Source of the DNA: a virus
Lineage: Duplodnaviria; Heunggongvirae; Uroviricota; Caudoviricetes
DNA length: 64,000 nt
Virus record (IMG/VR): IMGVR_UViG_3300023174_000034
Reading direction: 5' to 3' (one strand)
This document shows, piece after piece, positions 58,355-64,000 of this stretch. Below the pieces are notes generated by a model, which was not told the DNA's origin, did not search any database, and was given only the letters and a program-made list of their open reading frames with translations. A program made the position numbers and the translations under genes. The first letter of the stretch is position 1. Each line of letters starts with the position of its first letter.

Positions 58355-59731
58355 ATGAGTGGTACCATGATGTTACAAGCCAGTTATGGCGCTGCCGCAC
58401 CAGTCAGCTTGATCTGGAGTCTGGACGCATCAGCTCTGGGTGCCATGCCTGGTGCAAGTCTAACAACCAGTGCCAGTTTCAATGGTTCAAGTCAGTATCT
58501 CACTGTTACCAATTCAGCACTTGTTTTTGACCCTGCGGTATCAGCAGGCGATTTTACTGTGGAGGCATGGTTTTATCCCACAAACGTAACCGGCAGTCAC
58601 ACGCTGTTTTGTTTGGGCACAGAAACCACCAACAGATTTGTTGTTGCTTTAGCCGGCACTTCAGTGACTACCAATTTGTTTGGTTCTGGCACTGTGACCT
58701 ACACCAGTACAGTGCCTATCACGACCTGGACTCACATTGCTGTGGTTCGTTCAGGAACCACGGTCAGCGTTTATATCAACGGTACTGCCAGTGCCACAAC
58801 AGATACTCAAGCCGGCGCTTTGGGTAATGGTGCTGTGAACATCGGTGCAGACTCTGGTGGTGCGGCATTGTTTGTGGGTTATATATCAAACTTTCGAGTT
58901 GGCAGCACAGCAGTATACACAGCAGGCTTCACTCCATCCACCACAGCACTGGGCTTGGTCGCAGGAACCATATTGTTGTTGCCACTGACCGGCGCACCAT
59001 TCACAGACGTATCACGATCAGACATGATAGTGACCAACAACGGATCTGTTGCGACCACTGCCAGTGCTCCCACTCTCACCGCACCAACCACAGATCTACT
59101 GGGCTCGTATGGTGCATTGACAGTGACCAATAATCTGTCGCAGATTGCCTGGAGCAGTTCGCAAGGTGGCACATTGACCAAGCTCTCAGGTGGCACCAGC
59201 GGCAACACACAAAAAATCTCAGGTGGCCCGGCTATCAACAGCACCACAAGTTACAGCGTGTTCTTTGCATACAAGCTGGAACCTGTTTCATCCAGCAACG
59301 GCAACGGCAGGATGTTGAGCACGAACAATGAAGCAACCTACGGCGACTGGCTGTTGGGCTCATATGCTCCAGGATCTCCAAGCACACCACAGTATATAAA
59401 TTCATGGTACAACGGTACTGACATGGGCTACAACGTGGACGCAGGCGACACAGACTGGCACTTTATCTGGGCCACATGGAAAAAAGGCACTACCACACCC
59501 AAGAAGTACATTGCATCAGCCACTGTGAACAACACCGTGGGTCCAACATCAGCATACAAGACTGGTACTTCAGCAGGCAATGGATTCAATGGATTTTACT
59601 TGTGGAACAGAAGCAACACATTTGAACCCGCATGTGGCAGGATAGGATTCATCAGGGTGTATGACGGTGAGCTCAGTCTGGCACAGATACAAAATCAGTG
59701 GGCCGCACAACATGCAAGATTCGGAATCTAA
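58355..59731 (+). CDS. LamG/concanavalin A-like lectin domain virion protein
   Basis: DFTVEAWFY, WTHIAVVRSG...YING, GYISNFR; second LamG-like domain at the C-terminus. Confidence 0.85.
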   Translation: MSGTMMLQASYGAAAPVSLIWSLDASALGAMPGASLTTSASFNGSSQYLTVTNSALVFDPAVSAGDFTVEAWFYPTNVTGSHTLFCLGTETTNRFVVALAGTSVTTNLFGSGTVTYTSTVPITTWTHIAVVRSGTTVSVYINGTASATTDTQAGALGNGAVNIGADSGGAALFVGYISNFRVGSTAVYTAGFTPSTTALGLVAGTILLLPLTGAPFTDVSRSDMIVTNNGSVATTASAPTLTAPTTDLLGSYGALTVTNNLSQIAWSSSQGGTLTKLSGGTSGNTQKISGGPAINSTTSYSVFFAYKLEPVSSSNGNGRMLSTNNEATYGDWLLGSYAPGSPSTPQYINSWYNGTDMGYNVDAGDTDWHFIWATWKKGTTTPKKYIASATVNNTVGPTSAYKTGTSAGNGFNGFYLWNRSNTFEPACGRIGFIRVYDGELSLAQIQNQWAAQHARFGI

Positions 59732-59759
59732 GTATGAATACACAAGCGACTAATAAACA

Positions 59760-61340
59760 ATGACAGACTTTACACAGGATCTTTTTGCTAGACGCCGTAA
59801 TGCCAGCGATGGAAACACCAGAGTTGTTTCTGAAGGCAGGCTATGGTATGACAGCGTCACCAATACCATGCGTGTTAGTGATGGTCACACACCTGGCGGG
59901 CAAATTGTAACAGGGCAAAGTGGGTCGTACACACTACCCACTGCTACGTCTAGTGTGAAAGGTGGTGTGCAACTTGGCGCCAACGTTATTGCCGCAGGTG
60001 CATCAATTGATGTGCTACAACCAACTCGTGTGAGTCAGCTGGAAAACGATTCAAACTATTTGAGCGGCTCAGTATTAGCAGGCTATGCAACAGAAACATT
60101 TGTAACCACTCGTGGGTATATCACCAGCGCGGCGCTGTCTACAGGCAACGCCAATGTGATCGCGGCCAATAGCCGTATTGCTTCTATAGATGCCAACATT
60201 GGTGCTTACCAAATTTGGGCAAATGCCAACATTGCTGGACTCAGTTCCAACGCAGGCACACAAGCCACCAGCATCAATACCATTTCAGCTAATCTGGGTG
60301 CATACCAGACTTTTGCTAACAGTCGTATTACCACACTGGATGCCAATCTTGGCACAGCCACAACAAACATAACCACACTGGATGCCAATCTAGGTGTGAG
60401 ATTTACCACACTGAATACATTACATGCCAACGTTGGTGCTTATCAAACCTGGGCTAACGGTCGCATTACCACACTGGATGCCAACTTAGGCACAGCAACA
60501 ACCAATATTTCAAATTTAGTCACACAGTCCAACGCCAACACCGCAGCCTACCTAACAACCTACACTGGTAATATTGCAAGTGGTAATGTGAGAACAACTG
60601 CCAATGTAACTGTAGGTGGCAACATATTGGTCACCAATGGTTATGCCAATGTTATCTATGCGCCTAGTACTACAATTGGTGCCGCGTATCAGGCCACAGC
60701 GGCCAACACACAAGGTGGCACAGGCTACGCCGATTTCTTGCGAGCTACCAACACTTCTGGTGGAGCAACCAATCCAAACAAAACATTCCGCTTGAACAGC
60801 ACCGGCGCAATGGAAGTTATCAATAGTGCCTATACTGCAACCTTGATGTCAATCAGTGACGCAGGTTTTATGAGTGTTAGTGCAGGGTATCAAGTTGCAG
60901 GTAAACAAGCAGTGAATGGTCCTGCGTTTAGAGCCTATGTAGACACTGGTCAGACCATTACATCAGGTAGTCAGCAAAGAGTAACTTTTGGCACTGAAAA
61001 TTTTGATACCAACAGTAATTTTGCTAGCTCAACATTTACACCCACTCTTGAAGGCTACTATCAGTTTAATGCAGTGGTTCGTATCAGTGGCACAGCAACC
61101 ACCGGTGAATGTATGCTGGTACTGTACAGGAACGGCACAGAATATGCTCGTGGCACCAATGAGTCTGGAACTGAACAAGGCGCAAACTTCTACTCAATGA
61201 TGGTATCCGACATTGCCTATGCCAATGGTACAGGAGACTACTTTGATGTGAGGATTCAACAAACTTCGGGTGGAGATAGAACCACCACAGCAGGCTCAGC
61301 GATTTCGCACTTTAGTGGGTGTATGATACGTGGTGCATGA
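59760..61340 (+). CDS. Fibre protein with C-terminal C1q-like domain
   Basis: GPAFRAY, FDT..NF....FTP...GYYQF, FSG motifs. Confidence 0.75.
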   Translation: MTDFTQDLFARRRNASDGNTRVVSEGRLWYDSVTNTMRVSDGHTPGGQIVTGQSGSYTLPTATSSVKGGVQLGANVIAAGASIDVLQPTRVSQLENDSNYLSGSVLAGYATETFVTTRGYITSAALSTGNANVIAANSRIASIDANIGAYQIWANANIAGLSSNAGTQATSINTISANLGAYQTFANSRITTLDANLGTATTNITTLDANLGVRFTTLNTLHANVGAYQTWANGRITTLDANLGTATTNISNLVTQSNANTAAYLTTYTGNIASGNVRTTANVTVGGNILVTNGYANVIYAPSTTIGAAYQATAANTQGGTGYADFLRATNTSGGATNPNKTFRLNSTGAMEVINSAYTATLMSISDAGFMSVSAGYQVAGKQAVNGPAFRAYVDTGQTITSGSQQRVTFGTENFDTNSNFASSTFTPTLEGYYQFNAVVRISGTATTGECMLVLYRNGTEYARGTNESGTEQGANFYSMMVSDIAYANGTGDYFDVRIQQTSGGDRTTTAGSAISHFSGCMIRGA

Positions 61341-61370
61341 CAATAAATACACAATAAACGGATACATAAA

Positions 61371-64000
61371 ATGGCCAAGCAAGTAATATACCGCAGAGGA
61401 ACCACAGCAGAACATGCAAATTTTGTGGGTGCAAATGGTGAGATCACAGTAGACACAGTGAAACATGTGGTGATCGTTCATGACGGTGTCACTCCCGGCG
61501 GTTTTCCACTTGCCAATGCCAGCACAATAACTGCCAACATCAGCGCACTCACTGCCAATGCTGCCAACCAAGCCGCTGCCATCACAGTGCTACAAGCCAA
61601 TGCCGCAACACAATCTGCCAACATTGCCACCCTGGTTGCCAATGCTGCCGCACAACAGGCCAGCATCAATGCATTTACATTGTCATCAAACGCCACTGCT
61701 ATCTTTGCCAACATTGCAGGAGTTCGTGCCAACGTTGAGGCCGCAAATGTGCAGATTGGTCTGCTGTACGGCAATGCCACAATACAAAGCGAATCAATCA
61801 CACTAGCCAATGCCAGCATCACGGCACTGCGAGCAAACATTGCCGCGGCCAACGTGGCCATTGCTGGTATTGTGACTGGCACCGCATTTGTAACACAAAC
61901 AGCATTTGCCAACAACTTGACAGCAGTGAACTCTGCTATCAGCACACAAGGTACAACCTTTGCCACCAACGTGGCAGTAGCAGGAATTCGTGCCAACGTC
62001 ACAGCAGCCAATGTAGAGATCAGTCGCTTGCAGGCCAATATTGCGGCGGCCAATGTGGCTATTGAAAACATTGCGCTGAGTCCGTCATTGATCAATTCAA
62101 TTGCTCAATCGGTCGGCCCTATTGTCACAGCTGGATCATTCTACTCAAATTCAAACTTGGCAGGATATCTGAGTGGCAACGTCACTGTTGGTAATATTAA
62201 ATCTGCACAATACAATTTTGCCAACGGTGTGAACATCTTGACTACAGTACCAGGTACATATTCAAATGCCAACGTGGCCTCATACTTGCCAACCTACACT
62301 GGCAACATTGCTGCCAATATTGTCAAGAATGGCAATGTCTGGACTTTTGGCACAGATGGTACCACACGATTCCCAACTGGTGGCCTGATATCAAATTTTC
62401 CAGGCATCACAGGTGCCAACAACAGTTGGTTTGTAACACCCGGCAACGGTACTGGTGGTATTTCCAGCCAAGACGGTCAGCAATACATACAGGTAAACAA
62501 TGATTTGTTTGTTGAGATTGGCACAGGTTACGGCACAGCAAATGCATTTGTTTGGCAATTTGGCCTTGATGGTACGTTTGCTCTTGATGGCAACATCAGC
62601 ACCACGGGCAATGTCAATGCAGGATACTTGCAAGTAGGCAGTGGTATTGTTGCTGGGCCATTTGCATCAAGTCCGGCACCGGTCATTTCTGGATTCAGTA
62701 GCATCAGTGCTGAGAATTTCAAATTCCTGGCCAACGGTGTGAACATTTTAACCACTGTGGCAGGTACATATTCAAATGCCAACGTGGCCGCATACCTTAC
62801 TCGTGGAACATCTCCGTATGCTGGTATTACTATGGCAGGAAATGTATATGCAGGTCCAGTGACTGGATCCGCCGCGGAGGCAGGATTCCGTCCATTAACC
62901 GTTACTGATTTGCCAAACCTCAGCGCCAACATCTCAAGTTACTTGAGTTCCAACAGTAGCACAAACATTTCTACCACAGGTAACTTGTATGTGGGAGGCA
63001 CGCTGTACGTGGTTGGTAATGTTACCCAAATGAACTACGAGATCGTAAACAACACAGAAATAGCCAATGCTATCTCTGCCACTGGCAACATTTCTACCAC
63101 TGCCAACATTATTGCTCCAAACTACCTGGTAACAGGTGCTGGATCAATTGGCCGGTACACACAGGGTGGTCTTGTGGGCATAAAGATGGTGGCCAATTCT
63201 GCCCTGGGCACCAACGTGGCCATCATGGGCACAGGAAACATCACGTTTCCAATCTTGAACTATGTTGGTACCACACTGTATGGCGTCACTATAGGTACAC
63301 CGGGCGGAGACTGGAACTTCAGTGCCAACACTGGTGATTTAACATTGCCAAGCCAACTGTTATTCCCCCAAGGCACAACTCTTTACAACAACGGAATGAC
63401 AGTTAGTGCAAATGTATTTTACGCTATTCGTGCATCTGGAAACACTGGTGGTGCCGATCTACAATGGTTTGGTAATGCAAATGTAGGAACTACAAAGTGG
63501 AACGCCGTGAGATTGAATAGTCCAGAGGCCGCAACTGAAGGAACTATAGTATTATCTGCTGGGCGATTTGTTGCCAGTAAAAACTGGGAATTTAGAGCAG
63601 ATGGTAGTTTAACAACGCCCGGTAATATAACATTGCCCAACGGTGCAGTGATTCGAGACACAGCCGGTGATGCCATAGCATACGGACGAAATGCTGGACT
63701 AACCTCACAAGGCACAGAGGCTGTGGCAATTGGTGTAGTCGCAGGTGGTTCAGCACAAGGTACTGGTGCAGTGGCGATTGGCAGCGCGGCCGGCTACACC
63801 AATCAAGGTACTAATTCTATAGCAATTGGCAAGGCAGCGGGTTCAACCAATCAAGCCAGTAACTCAATCCAGCTGAACGCCACTGGTGGTTCTTTGGATC
63901 AACCCACTGCCAACACATTCACAGTGGCACCGGTCCGAAACGATGTGGCCAATGTGTCTCAGGTCCTGTTCTACAACACCACTTCAAAAGAAGTCACTTA
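61371..64000 (+). CDS. Fibre/adhesin-like protein, 3'-truncated (absent from the ORF track)
   Basis: MAKQVIYRRGTTAEHANFVGANGEITVDT start; W.F..DG repeats; AVAIG YadA-like repeats; appears open to the window end. Confidence 0.8.
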   Translation, partial: MAKQVIYRRGTTAEHANFVGANGEITVDTVKHVVIVHDGVTPGGFPLANASTITANISALTANAANQAAAITVLQANAATQSANIATLVANAAAQQASINAFTLSSNATAIFANIAGVRANVEAANVQIGLLYGNATIQSESITLANASITALRANIAAANVAIAGIVTGTAFVTQTAFANNLTAVNSAISTQGTTFATNVAVAGIRANVTAANVEISRLQANIAAANVAIENIALSPSLINSIAQSVGPIVTAGSFYSNSNLAGYLSGNVTVGNIKSAQYNFANGVNILTTVPGTYSNANVASYLPTYTGNIAANIVKNGNVWTFGTDGTTRFPTGGLISNFPGITGANNSWFVTPGNGTGGISSQDGQQYIQVNNDLFVEIGTGYGTANAFVWQFGLDGTFALDGNISTTGNVNAGYLQVGSGIVAGPFASSPAPVISGFSSISAENFKFLANGVNILTTVAGTYSNANVAAYLTRGTSPYAGITMAGNVYAGPVTGSAAEAGFRPLTVTDLPNLSANISSYLSSNSSTNISTTGNLYVGGTLYVVGNVTQMNYEIVNNTEIANAISATGNISTTANIIAPNYLVTGAGSIGRYTQGGLVGIKMVANSALGTNVAIMGTGNITFPILNYVGTTLYGVTIGTPGGDWNFSANTGDLTLPSQLLFPQGTTLYNNGMTVSANVFYAIRASGNTGGADLQWFGNANVGTTKWNAVRLNSPEAATEGTIVLSAGRFVASKNWEFRADGSLTTPGNITLPNGAVIRDTAGDAIAYGRNAGLTSQGTEAVAIGVVAGGSAQGTGAVAIGSAAGYTNQGTNSIAIGKAAGSTNQASNSIQLNATGGSLDQPTANTFTVAPVRNDVANVSQVLFYNTTSKEVT

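Noticed and set aside
55588-64000. Diversity-generating retroelement suggested by Mtd-N-like domains
   Set aside because: No reverse transcriptase and no adenine-specific TR/VR pair seen; the repeats are ordinary in-frame duplications.

Overview
A 64-kb slice of a large T4-like (myovirus) phage genome. It holds a giant repeat-built fibre gene (5'-truncated); neck, tail and packaging genes (gp13/14/15-like, sheath, tube, gp4-like, terminase); gp32-like SSB, UvsX and UvsY; several putative capsid-internal acidic proteins; a scattered set of modifying enzymes; and further fibre genes at the right end. The core of interest is a 31-gene tRNA array covering all 20 amino acids (44.0-53.7 kb), interleaved with about ten closed-stem structured RNAs. 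Main finding: upstream of the array a consensus sigma70 promoter drives an unannotated 46-codon leader ORF (45988-46128). It samples all 20 amino acids, and 37 different codons in its first 40, and is followed by mutually exclusive antiterminator/terminator hairpins. This looks like a pan-codon translational attenuator that could sense loss of any charged tRNA. A second candidate ribosome-coupled switch (Lys-rich minigene plus alternative hairpins) overlaps the 5' end of tRNA-Lys, and an rrn-type boxA-like element precedes the array. All calls come from reading the sequence by eye; no searches or folding programs were run.
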